57,777 nt of DNA from Gracilinanus agilis (lineage: Eukaryota). The translations under genes and the position numbers were made by a program. Shown here piece by piece: positions 10,222 to 22,054 of this stretch. The DNA lies in the NCBI RefSeq assembly GCF_016433145.1, contig NC_058133.1:503417669-503475445 (forward strand), read 5' to 3'. The notes beneath the pieces are model-generated. The model was not told where the DNA came from. It did not search any database and worked only from the letters and a program-made list of their open reading frames with translations. The stretch's first letter is position 1. Every line of letters begins with the position of its first letter.

Positions 10222-12041
10222 AGGAGTAGCCTCGGGCAATTTTCGGTAAAAGCTCAGCTACTGACCAGGAATCTTCCTGTCAAGCTGAGCCACGAGATTC
10301 CTTCATCCAAACAAACCGTCTGACTTCACAATCGAGGCTCGTCCCCCTGAGCTCAGGGCTCCTGGCTTGGGGTTTGGGGCGGCTGCATGTTTGGAAGCCG
10401 AGCCTGGAGGCTGGATAAATGGGCCGAACCTGGAGGGAGACACTCTGGGAGCCTGGAGCGCAGCCCTGCGAAGTCCCTCGTGGTCTGAAAGGGATCCATG
10501 AATGCCGCTGGCTCAGGAGAGCCCTCAGAGCTCACCTGGGTCAACGGTCCAGTTTATGGTGGAGGAAAGGGAAGCTGGCGAGCCTTGGGCCCGGGCACAG
10601 CGGGGGCGAAGGTCGGGGGCAGGAGGAGAGCCCGCATCCTTGTACGTCCAGAAACAGCCTTCTTTCTGCCTCCCCGCCAACAGTTCCCATTTCAGCTGGG
10701 CCTCCGTGGAGAGCTCGCTTGAAGCCAACGGCTGTCCTGCCCGTGACTTGTCTCCTCCCATCTCGGTGCCCCGGGAGGCTCTCTAAGTGGGGATTCTTAT
10801 CTGGGTCTGGTCTGTGGCCAGGCCCGGGAAGGGGGGGGGCACTTTGAATTTGGATGGGAAAAAAATCCTTATTTTCACTCATCTCCGAATGAAATTCAGT
10901 GTTTCCTTGGATGATGCACACAGAAACGCGCCCCAGAACTACTGCCGGGGGCCCAGGACGCCAAGTCGGCTAGGACTCCCACCCTGAGCCCGCGCACGTC
11001 AGGAGAGGGAGGGTCCTCCTCGGGGAGGCACGGACTTTCCTTGGGACTCTTCCCTCGCCGTTTCTCCGTCCTGTCTGGTCAGCAGGATTTGGCATGAGCT
11101 GCCGGGAGCCGACGAGGTGCTCTTCTTGTAATAACGTGCCGACGCTCACCCATATTCCAGCTCGCTCGCACCAAGAGGTCCAGAATGACCCACGTCTGTC
11201 TCTGGGCGGGCCCCGGCCCCGCTGGATCCTCCCGCCTCAGAGCTCTGGGTCGCTCTACCATCCTGCACGTTTGTGAAGTGGACGGCAGCCCCTCTTCCCC
11301 TCCCATCTCCTCTGGGGAGTTCCATCGGACGCATACTTCGGGGTCTTTGTGGCTGAGTCACCTCAGGCCTGTCAGAGCCTTCAGGATGCCGTGAGGGCTC
11401 TCTGGGCCAAGATGCTGGAGGGACAGCCGCTTCCTTCTGCAGCTCCCTCGACAGAAGAGGAAACGGAGGGTCACAGGGCTCCATAGATGGGCTGGACCCA
11501 GTCGGGAGATACCTGTGCAAGGCCAGATTTGCACTCAGGAAGATGAGTCTTTCTGATTCCAGGCCCGGCGCTTTGGGAACCATTTGGGGGCTCCGTGCTG
11601 TCCTATGAGGGAGACTGAGCTGGAAGTACAAGCCAGGCCCTGGGCACGCGGCCCCAGATGAGCTGGGAATGACAATGAAATGGCCTGAGGATGGCCTCCT
11701 TTTTCCCAAGTGGGGTTCAGGGTCTGACTAACTACATTTGGGTTAGGGAAAGGCAAAGGGGCTGGACTTGGGACTTCTCTAGAACTGGAGATTTCTGGCT
11801 GAGCAAACACCCTCTACCAAGGCAGGTGGGCTAAAACCCTAATTCAGATATTTCCTGGATATTTGGCTCTGAGCAAGTCACTTGGCCTTGGTTTGCTCTT
11901 CTGGAAAATGGGGATAATAATGATAATAAATCTAAGTGTATGGATCAGAGGAGAAAGTATATGAAAGCCCTTGGAAAATCCTAAGGTGATCCATACAGGC
12001 TGATTGTTAATATAATTCTTATTAACATCATAATCATTAGA

Positions 12042-12270
12042 GATACAGTGCTGGACTTGGAATCAGGGACACGAGTTTAAATCCTACCATGGACGCTGGG
12101 ATGACTGGGGAAATCACTTAACTTCTATCTGCCTCAGTTTGCTCATCTGTAACATGGGAGTCACAAAAACACTCCTCTCACAAGACTGTCTTGAAGGTCA
12201 AATGAGATGATTCATGTAAGGAGTTTTGCAAACCTTATACAGAATAGATAAATGTGTATCTATGAAATGA
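12042..12270 (+). mobile_element. MIR, near full length
   Basis: acagtgctggacttggaatcag..aaatcacttaacttctatctgcctcagtttgctcatctgtaacatggg..gaaggtcaaatgagatgattcatgtaag. Confidence 0.85.
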
Positions 12271-14647
12271 GTGTCATTCATGGCCTCGTAATGATTCTGG
12301 TTCATAGAACAATGTCCACGTGCTCTGGGCGCCTCGCAAAGTTGAAGGATTATGACTTAAAACTTGTGTGACCGTGGGGGAGGCATGGCTATCCTGGGCC
12401 TCAGTAAGGGATACCACGGCACAGAGATGAAAGGACCCTCTGCCCCGGCTCCCCCACTTTGCAAAGGGATGTGTGGCGGGCCATAGAGAAAGGGTATTAG
12501 ATGTTTCCAACATGGCGTCAGTTTTGCTGGATGTTTCCCTCCTCCTCTCTTATTCTTGGCCGTGGGGGCTGGCTCTCCAGGAGAGAGAGGGGAGGGACAC
12601 CCTGGGAAAGGTAAGCGAAATAAAAACAAAACCTAGCAAGAACACTGTATGTGAAAAAAATGACGAGGAGACGCCTTCCATCACCTGTTCCCCTGAAGAC
12701 CCTGAAGTCGTGGTCTCTGGGTCTTTAATAAGAAACATATTCGGTCGGAGAGAGGAGGCCACGTTCTGCATGAACGTCCCCGGGGATGACCGTCTGAACC
12801 TCCAGCAGAACTTTCCTCCTCTCCAACGCCTCCCAACCAAAGGCCCCTCCAGGCTCTCCAAGCACCGCTTTGGTCTGTCCTCGTACGAGCTGCCGTTGGC
12901 AAGGTGGAACCCCCAAACGTGAAGGATCCTTTCCAGACAGGAACTATTTGTGCCTTGTTACACCTGCATGAGGCGGGCTGGCCTTGTCCAGGTGAGGAGG
13001 TAACAGAGATGGAAAAGCAATCCCAGAGAGCGGAAGACCCAGTTCTTGGCCCGCTGGGACACCCGGCCTCCTGGACCATGCCAGGAAGCCTACCCGGCCG
13101 ATCGTCCGCCTTGTTCAAAAAGGACCCGACCGGGCATTGTTGATCGCTCTGACGTTTCCTCAGTGTTTTTCCCGGGATGTGCCCAAAGGGGCCGCCCAGC
13201 TTAGCATGAGAAGGTCTGGCCTGGCCTGTGAGCGCCGGGCTCCTGAAGGGGAGGCATGACTGCATCGGCTTGGTAAACGAGGGGGCAGCCCAAACCTTCC
13301 AAAGAAGGGAGGAATCCCTCCGAAAACACGTCTCCTTTTTTTGTGGATAGAAAACAGGAGGGATGAAAATGATTACTCCCTGCAGGAAAAAAAAAATCCC
13401 ACAAGCAGCTGAAGGAAAATAGCCCCCTTTTAAATGACAGCTCAATTCAGAAGCTGCATTGGGGAAAATGTGTATATAAAACTCAATTACATATTTGAAA
13501 AGGGGGCGGGAGATGTTTGGAAAAAAACAACTGCTAATGGTCTGGGCTTCAACAAACCCCAAATAAGCTAACCTTTGAAAAAAGAGTTAAAAAAACGCCA
13601 CACCACCACGGAACTCAATAAAATACGTGCACTGGAGAATGATGCCTACGTGGCTGGCTGCATTTCTCTTTTCAATGGGACCTTCTGGGCCCTAATATGG
13701 CCCCGGAGCACCCCTTGAACGGCAAAATAAAAATAGCAAATCAGAAGAATGCAGCAACCTTTTAAAATAGAAAGTGGCCACGAGTTATATTTATCAAAAC
13801 CAATCTGTTGGCCTCCACTGGACTCTTCCTGCAAATTCTCTGTCCCCGAGTCAGCGCAGAATTCAGAGAGAGGCTCCCGACGTGTCCGTCTCCCCAGGCA
13901 GGTGGGGCCGGCTGCCTTCTAGGAGAAACGTCGCCCCTAACAACGCGGGGCTCCTCTTCTCAGGATCACAGACGGGGCCCACAGACTGAGGACTGGCGAA
14001 GTGGGAAGCCCGGAAGCCACAGGCAGGGAGGAACCAGGGGCCCACTTGATTCTCTCAAGGAGGACAAGATGGATTTGCAAAATGGGCATCAGGGAGGGGA
14101 AGAATCGCAGCCCTGCAGGGACAGACGCTCGCCTCGCCTCGCCCGCCCCGCCGGCTGCTGAAGACCAGAAAAGCCGCGGCGGACGCCCAGCAGCCCGGGA
14201 TCAGCACGGCCCAGGCCTGGTGGGTGCAGCGAGGGCAAAGCCCGCTTCGGAGGAGGCCCGGAAAGCGAGCGCCGGGGCGGCCGGCCTTTATTTCAGTCTC
14301 CCCGAACTTGCTTCGGTCATGACTAGGATGCTTGTGTGGGCAATAATGAGGGGTTGGCATGCGTGGACAACGCGAATGGCACGGCCTCGGGATGCCAGTG
14401 AGGGCTCCTCGGCACTGCCTGCGAGCCTTGTCCAACCCCCGGCAGGGCTGGCCCGCTGACCCTCAAAGCCAGACCTGCCTCTGGGCCGGAGGAAGGGCTT
14501 GTCCTCATGCTTCCAGGGGTAAATAAGCCTCCCGGAGCGGAAGAAGGGGAAGAGGCCCTCCCAGGCCGCCGAATCCCAAAGGGGAGAAGCCTCAGCGGCC
14601 ACCACAGATGTCACAGGGAAGAAATCGCAAACTCGGACCCCTGAAGC

Positions 14648-14715
14648 CACTTGCCCACAGCTACGCAGCTACCAAGGTCAGAAGCGGGATTTGAACCCAG
14701 GCCTTGCTGACCGCC
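14648..14715 (-). mobile_element. MIR 5' fragment
   Basis: cacttgcccacagctacgcagct..agaagcgggatttgaacccaggcc. Confidence 0.6.
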
Positions 14716-15156
14716 CGTCTGGCCCACTGCCCAAGAGGACCAAGAGGCACTTTTCCATGAATCTGACGGAAGGCAGGGTGGAGGGAGAACATTTTTGGCA
14801 GCTCACGAAGGAGGGGATCCGCGCCTGCGCCTTCCCGCCTCCCCTTAGATGAGGAGAAGCCCAGCGCTGAGCAGGCGCCACCCTGAGGGGCTCCCTTCTC
14901 CTCCCCCGTTTCCATCCTCTGCTTTATTCCTGGATTTTGCGTCAATAAGAGGCTCCTCGAAGGGCCCTTCTCAGCACGTTTTTGCTCTTGGCACAGCCAT
15001 TCTTGGGCAGGAGCATTCCATGCGGAGGTTCCCGTCGTCCCAGGCCATCTCCAGGACAGGCTCCTCCCTTTGGTGGCGCGTTTAGCCGGCGCGTGTCGCC
15101 CCCCCCCCCCATCGGTGTTAGCTCCGCAGCAGCCCAGCAAGCGAGCAGCGGCGTCT

Positions 15157-15357
15157 CTGCCCCCCCCTCATTGTGCCCCCCCATCAGTGCCATCTGCCAT
15201 CACCGGGGGGGGGGGCCTGCCCTCAGGGGCTTCCATCCCATCTGGGGCAGGGTTCCNCTGCCCCCCCCTCATTGTGCCCCCCCATCAGTGCTATCTGCCA
15301 TTGCCCGGGGGGGGGGCCTGCCCTCAGGGGCTTCCATCCCATCTGGGTCAGGGTTCC
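15157..15357. repeat. 100-bp direct duplication flanking a single N (15257)
   Basis: 15157-15256 and 15258-15357 are near-identical (about 5 differences). Confidence 0.9.
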
Positions 15358-15728
15358 AGTTATCGTGGAAGCCCCCCCGGCCTGGCTGCCTGATCGGGGT
15401 GCAAAAAGCAGCCCCAATTCTCCTACGAGTCTCCTTCTGTGCTAGCACTGCGCTAGGCCTGGCCCCCCGGGACGGGGAGGGACCCCCCGTGGATGGAGAT
15501 CTCAGCTGGGAGCGTCACGGGGGTCAGGGACACACCATGACCCAGGACCGGCCGCCTCTTCCATTCCGCCATGCAGGAGGGAGGGCAACAGGGGCGGGTG
15601 TCTCCCTGCCCAGGGCGCCCCGAATGTCAGGAGCAGCAACTCTGGTTCCCCAAGCAGGGGGCCAAGAAGGAAAGTCCAAACGAGCCAAGGCGGCACCACC
15701 CGGCCTTCCCCTCGAGCCGCGGGCTTAC

Positions 15729-15807
15729 CTGGGACATCAATTAATCTCTTATAGACATTCAAGAAGGCTGCCTCGGCTTCTTTGCTTCTTTTACTCAGTG
15801 CATCAAT
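15729..15807 (-). CDS. CUX1: CUX1 coding exon (human exon 4 equivalent), 79 nt, phase 0-1: [26 protein letters not shown](D)
   Basis: Minus strand: tctttctctttgcccccctttag|ATTGATGCACTGAGTAAAAGAAGCAAAGAAGCC...ATTGATGTCCCAG|gtaagc. The peptide matches the CUX1/CASP coiled-coil region and joins in frame to the 48-nt exon (...FQGE|IDAL...). Confidence 0.97.
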
Positions 15808-15954
15808 CTAAAGGGGGGCAAAGAGAAAGATCTCAGACGAGTGTGGGAGTCACGGAAAAGTCATGAGGCCACAATCCACCCCTCAAACGGCTCTGGGGAC
15901 CCCCGTGGAGATGGCGGGCTCCCAGCCTCGGAACAGTCAGAATGCTAACGCCAG

Positions 15955-15995
15955 TAATAATAATAATGATAATAATAATAATAATAATAACAATA

Positions 15996-16031
<36 letters not shown>

Positions 16032-16039
16032 TTGTTGTT
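15955..16039. repeat. Compound microsatellite (AAT)n-(GAT)11-(GTT)3
   Basis: Direct reading. Confidence 0.97.
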
Positions 16040-16084
16040 CAGACTCTTTGCGTCTCCATCGGGGGCTTTCCTGGCAAAGACACT

Positions 16085-16200
16085 GCATTCGATCCTCCGG
16101 CTCATTTTACAGGAGGAAACTGAGGCCAACAGGGTGAAGTGACTTGCTCAGGGTCACTCAGCTAGTAGCTGAGGCGGGATCTGAGTCTTCCTAATTTCAG
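16085..16200 (-). mobile_element. MIR
   Basis: cattttacaggaggaaactgaggcc..gtgaagtgacttgctcagggtcactcagctagtagctgaggcggg. Confidence 0.85.
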
Positions 16201-16764
16201 GTTCTGCTGCAGAACCATTTCTAAGCAAACAGAATCTGAACAGGCCCTTCCTGTCCAAGAGCAAGCTTTCCACTGACCCAGAGTAACCTCGGAGGAGGAG
16301 GGCGACGGGAGCAGGTTAATGGGACAGCAGACACACAGAATGAGCAGAAATGCAGGTTGTAAAGAGGAGGCAGCAGGAGGCAGTGGACGACACGCTGCCC
16401 TGGCAGTCAGGAGACAAGGGTTCAAATCCTGCATCAAATCCTCTTAGGCCCTGGGAACTGGCTTCCCTTCTGTGGGCCCAGGGGCTGCCCTCCCATGTCA
16501 CAGATCTCCACACTGAGGGCCACGGAAGGGAAAATACGAAGTGTCAGAGGAGGGTGCTGCCCATTCTGCCTCAGTCCCTTTAAGGTAAGCTACTGAAAGG
16601 GAAACTGAGGTAGAACGAGTATGTTATGGAGAAAAGAAATGAGAACTACGAACGATTCCTTTCTCTAGGAGCTTTGGACAGCCTGCTTTTCAGCTGGTGG
16701 GTACCAGGACAGCTTGGTTCCATGAAAGCGGCCGTTCTCAACCCTTTAAAAGACTAAATAGCAG

Positions 16765-17016
16765 CATGGCGGCACCGTGGAGAACAGAGCTCTGGTCCTG
16801 GAGCCAGACAGCCCCCTCTGGCTGAGTTCAAAGCTAGCCCCAGACACTCCCTGGCTCTGTCGCCCTGGGCAAGTCACTTCACTTGGTTTGCCAACGTTCC
16901 CTCATCTGTCAAATGAGCTGGAGAAGGACATGCAAACCATTCCAGTGTCTTTGCCAAGAAAAGCCCGGACGGGGCCACGAAGAGTCAGACTTGACAAACA
17001 CACCAACAAGAACAAA
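16765..17016 (+). mobile_element. MAR1-type SINE
   Basis: Core plus tail ggagaagga..aaccattccagtgtctttgccaagaaaa..ggggccacgaagagtcagac..aacaagaacaaa. Confidence 0.8.
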
Positions 17017-17220
17017 TGGCGGATCTCTTCACTGTAAATGAAACTTAGAAGCAATAAAAAATTTAAGAGATACTTGAATGTCTACTATTTATGTACTGAA
17101 TAATGTAACACTGATTTAGAAACCCAGATGAATTTTATATAACCATAAGCTAATAATAGTCTAATATTTAGTGAGAAGGATGTGATTTTTTGCCATCAAA
17201 TAATTCAGATGTGAGAACAA

Positions 17221-19735
17221 TATATTTGTTTTAAAAAAGTTTTATTGATGCTTTTGGCAATTAATAAATACAGATTGGCTGAGTGAATTCTGTTTTTATA
17301 TCATTAATTTCTGAATAGAGTAGCCTCACATGCATACACACATACCCACATAAGCCAGGGAGTCTTCCTTTTTTTATTGCATGAAACCCTAATTAGAACA
17401 TTAGACGTGGGTAAAGTAAATAATATCAACACATACGATGTGGGCTTCAACTCCCAGCCAACCTAGCTGACCACTCCTTGTTTCCCCTTCCCAGAGACGG
17501 TAAGCAATCTGATCTAAGTTATACATATGTTATCACATTTTTTCCATATTGTTGAAAGAGAATACTCATATAAAACCAAAATCCCCAAATGAAACACAAA
17601 TAAAATAAAGTGAAAAACTGTACACTTTTTTCTCTGAAGGTGTCATAAGTCCTTCAGAATTAACTGGATCATTGAATTGCTGGGAGTAACTAAGTCAATC
17701 ACAGTTAAACATCACACAGTATTGCTGTTACTATGTACAGTGTTCTCCTGGTTCTGCTTATTTCACTCTGCATCCGTTCATGGAGGTCTTTCTGGCTCTC
17801 TCTGAAATCATCCTGCTCATCATTCCTAATAGGACAATAGTACTGAATCACAATCATGTCTCAATTTGCTCAGCCATTCCCCAATGAATGGGTATCCCCT
17901 CAATTTCCAATTCTTTCCTACCACAAGAATAGCTATAAGTATTTTTGTACAAGTAGTCCCCCCCCCATTATTTATGCTCTCTCTTTGGGATACAGACGTA
18001 GTAGTGGTATTTCAGGATCAAAAGGTATACACATTTTTATAGCCCTTTGGGCATCGTTCCAAAGTGCCCTCCAGAATAGTTGGCTCAGTTCACAACTCCA
18101 TCAGCAATGTATTAGTGTCCCAATTTTGCACATGACCTCCAACATTTATCACTTTCCTTTACTGTCATATTGGCCAATCTGAGAGGTATGAGATGGTACC
18201 ACAAAATGCTTTAATTTGCATTTCTCTAATCAAGGAAGATGAAGAATCTTTTTTCATATGATTATTGATAGCTTTGATTTCTTCACCTGAAAACTGCTTA
18301 TTCATAGCATTTGACCATTTGTCAATTGGGGAATGACTTGTAGTCTTGAAAATTTGACTTTGTTCTCTGTAAATTTGAGAAATGAGGCCTTTATCAGAGA
18401 AATCTGTTATAAAATTTTTTCCAGTTTATTGTTTCCCTTCTAATCTTAGTAACACTGGTTTTGTTTGTGCAAAATCTTTTTAACTTAATATAGTCAAAAT
18501 TATTCATTTTACATTTTGTAATGTTCTTTATCTCTTATTTGGTCATAAATTCTTCCCTTCTCCATAGATCTGACAAGTAAACTATTCTATGTTCCCCTAA
18601 TTTACTAAAAAGAATCACCCTTTATATCTAAATTATATTCCTTTTAGACTATAGCTTGGTTTAGGGTGTGAGATATTGGTCTATACCAGTGATGGCAAAC
18701 CTTTTAGAGACTGAGTGCCCAAACTGCACCCTCACATGTGAGCCACCCCCCACCCCCTTACCCCTGACAGGGGAGAGAGGAAGCGCTCCCATTGGACTGC
18801 TGGGCAGAGGGGCGGGTCATGTGAGAAATGTCCTTAGGCAGAGAGGAGAGGGGGAGGGGAGCAGCCCCCTCCGGCACACACGCTGTAGGTTCACCAACAT
18901 GGGTTTATACCAAGTTTCTGCCATCCAGTTTTCCAGTTTTCCCAGCAGTTTTTGTCAAACGGTGAGTTCTTATTGCAAAAGCTGGGACCTTTGGGCTTAT
19001 CAGATTCTAGGTTGCCGAGATCATTTACCTCCAACCTATTCCACTGATCCTTCATTCTGTTTCTTAGCCAGTCCCAGACTGCTTTAGAGTACAGCTTGAG
19101 AGCTGGTACTGCTAGGCCACTTTCCTTCATATTTCTTTTCAAGAGTTCCCTCCATATTCTTGACCTTTTGTTCTTCCAAGGTGAATTTTGTTATTATTTT
19201 TTCTACTTCTACAAAATAGTTTTTTGGTAGTCTGATGGGTTTGGCACTGAATAAGTAAATAACTTAGGTAGGATTGTTATTTTTATTATATTAGCTCAGC
19301 CTACCCATGAGCAATTAATAATCTTCCAGTGGTTTAGATCTGATCTTACTTGTTTGAAAAGTGTTTTGTAGTTGTGTTCATCATTCCTATTTTGTCTTGG
19401 CAGGTAGATTCCCAAGTATTTTATATTTTCTAGTGATTTTAACTTTTCTAGCTCTTGCTGCTGCTGGACTTTGCTGGTAAATATATAGAAATGCTGATGA
19501 TGTATGTGGATTTCTTTTGTGTACTACAACTTTGCTAAAGTTATGAATTATTTCAACTACTTTTTTAGTTGATTTTCTAAGATTCTCTAAGTATATATAC
19601 AGCATGATATCATGCACAGAGTGCTAGTTGAGTTTCCTCATTGCCTTCTTTAATTCCTTCATTTCTTTTTCTTTCCTTATTGCTAAAGCTAGCATTTCTA
19701 GTACAATACTAAATCACAGTGGGGAGAATGGGCAG
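17221..19735 (-). mobile_element. L1 3' fragment (about 2.3 kb, ORF2 remnant plus 3'UTR) interrupted by a hAT MITE
   Basis: Minus ORFs 18891..19142 (GLAVPALKLYSKAV..WLRNR..DQWNR..PFDKNCWENW) and 19387..19617 (DIMLYIYLENL..FSKV..SSAFLY) are degenerate L1 ORF2. AT-rich composition. Confidence 0.95.
18687..18902 (+). mobile_element. Non-autonomous hAT MITE (216 bp) with 8-bp TSD, nested in L1
   Basis: Left TIR cagtgatggcaaacct; right end aggttcaccaacatgg (degenerate inverse). TSD gtctatac (18679-18686) / gtttatac (18903-18910). L1 sequence resumes after the TSD. Confidence 0.85.
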
Positions 19736-21843
19736 GTCGCATAACCTTTGTCCGCTTTGTTTCCTCACCTGTCAAATGAGGATAACGGTACGTCCCTCCC
19801 AGAACTGGTGGGCAAAACCAATGACATCCTATTTCTAAAGGAGGTGCTGTGTCAGGGCTTCTTCCCTCCCTTCTTCCTTCTTCCTCTTTGCCAATGGGTT
19901 GGCTCCGAGGTGAAGTCTTGGGTCGTTTTAATTTGTTATTAGTGATTTGGACCAATTTTTTATGTGGTTGTTGATCCACCGTAAATCTTTTGACCACAAT
20001 AACGGACTGGGAAGGCCGGTCCCACGAAATGTTGGACAACAATTTCTAACGCCACTACTTGACAGGCATCGAGGGGATCACTCCAGCCCCTTCCGGCTGC
20101 ACGTAAACAACCAAGAATCTTGTTTTAAAATCCACTGTTTTGCTTATAAGTTGTTCTGTAATTTTGCCAGGACCAAAGCATTTCGTGCTATTTTTAAAAA
20201 TTCAGTAACATTCGTTCCACACGAGTTTTTCAGGATTTCTGTAAGTGAAGCCAAGTCGCAGATAACTGCGGTCAGGTTCGGGCTTCCTCCATGCCGGGGG
20301 CTTCGGACTTGAACTCTGTTCGTGGGTGTCTGCGGCCCCCCGAGCACCTCTGCTAGGAAGACGTCCGCCTCCTGGGCTCTTCCAAGCTCCTCATTTTGAC
20401 CCGCCAATGAGCGTCGGCCATCGGGACGGAGAGCTTCCACTGCGCGGCGCCCCGCTTTGCACGCTGCTGTTGCCGGTCAGTAACAAGAATATAACTGGAC
20501 ACGCACGCGTGTGGCACAGGCAGACGGACGAGGAATTGACTGGGCCTCCATTACTGGGCCCGGGCAGTGACGGATGGCCAATCAATCAGAGCCAGCTCGG
20601 TGGCCTCCTCGTTGCTCCCCCGTCTCTGCGGGCTTCCCCAGCAGCGACACAGACGGCCAAGGACGGCTCTGCCACACGTGCCTGGCTGACGTTTCGCCGC
20701 GGCCCTCTCCAGGGGCCCGGGGCCCGCAGGCCGGCTCGAAGAGTGCCGCTCGGACGGGCCCTCGGCCTCCATCCAACACACAGGGGAGGCGGCTCCAAGC
20801 ACCCTGACGGCCGGCTGGGCCCATCGCAGCCTGCGGCTTGCCTAACCAAAGCGCTTTACAGGATGTGCTCGCCCCGAGCACGCGGGAAGCTTGCGCTTGC
20901 TCAGGAAGAGGACATACAGTGACGTCTTCTCGTGGCCCCCCACGCCCGGCCTGGCACGAGGGTAAATCGTATTGTAGGGCCTCTTCTCTGGACTCCAGCC
21001 GGAGCGTGCGTGAGCGGCCACCGTGAGCTCCGCCTGTAACCCTTCGGAGGCCAGGAAACGGCGCCCCGAGCCTGGGCCGACCTGGAAAGGGAAACTGAGG
21101 CCCAGAGCTATCGAAGCGAGGTGGGCTGTGAGGCCGGGGCCCTCCTCCAACAGGCTGCTCCTGGCAGGGCGGAAGGAGGAAAGGACCGGCTGCAGAGAGG
21201 AAGCAAGGAGCAAATTCGGCCTCGGTGCCCTCCGCGCCCACGTGGGGATGCTCCGGGGAAGCAGCGTCATGGCGGGCCATCTCCCACGTCAGCCGCACAG
21301 CAAAGGAGACACAAAGCATCCGAGGCAGGATTCAAACCCAGCTCCGGTGTCTCCTCCGGCGGCCCCTGCAGACTTCTTCTCTCTCACCACATAGATTCTG
21401 ATAGGAAGTGCAGGCAAATGACTATGGATAAAGAACAGCCATGGAGGAGGGGTGCCAATAAGGCATTGTGGGAAAAGAGAAGAAGGGGGAGATGGGGCAA
21501 CCAGAGAGGGCTTCATGGAGGAGATGGCAACAGGAAGAATTTCAGCGTATAAGCTCTGGGAGACTCGCGGACCAGGAACAGAACGCGGGCACGGAAAGCT
21601 CCAAGGGGGCAGCGGGGAGCTCCCTCCATTTCCAAGCCCCGGTGCCTGCGCTCTTCAGTCAATGGGCAGGACTTCAAGGGTTTGGGCGGCCTTGTGACTA
21701 GACTGTGGGGGCTCAGGGGAGAGCCATCAGGGCTGGGGAGGCAGAGAGCCCAGCCAGGAGGCTTGACAGTCTTCTAAGCAGAGGTGACGGGCCTGAGCTA
21801 AAGAGCCCCCCGAGGTGATGGGCCTGAGCTAAAGAGCCCCCCG

Positions 21844-22054
21844 GGGGGGCAGCTGCGTAGCTCAGTGGAGTGAGAGCCAGGCCTAGAGACGGGAGGTCCT
21901 GGGTTCAAATCCGGCCTCAGACACTTCCCAGCTGTGTGACCCTGGGCAAGTCACTTGACCCCCATGGCCCACCCTGACCACTCTTCTGCCTTGCAGCCAA
22001 TACACAGAAGTTGAGGGTTTTACAAAAAAAATAAAAATAAATAAAAAAAAGATA
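21844..22054 (+). mobile_element. SINE1_Mdo-type SINE, full length, A-rich tail, 14-bp TSD
   Basis: Consensus-like body; TSD taaagagccccccg at 21830-21843 and 22055-22068. Confidence 0.95.

Larger units (their letters stand above)
1..15728 (-). other. CUX1: CUX1 intron 4 (5' part; exon 5 lies beyond the left edge)
   Basis: Starts at the gtaagc donor. No sequence encoding [25 protein letters not shown] found by eye. Confidence 0.85.

Noticed and set aside
14287-14293. AATAAA on the CUX1 strand in intron 4
   Set aside because: No U/GU-rich downstream element; such hexamers are expected by chance.
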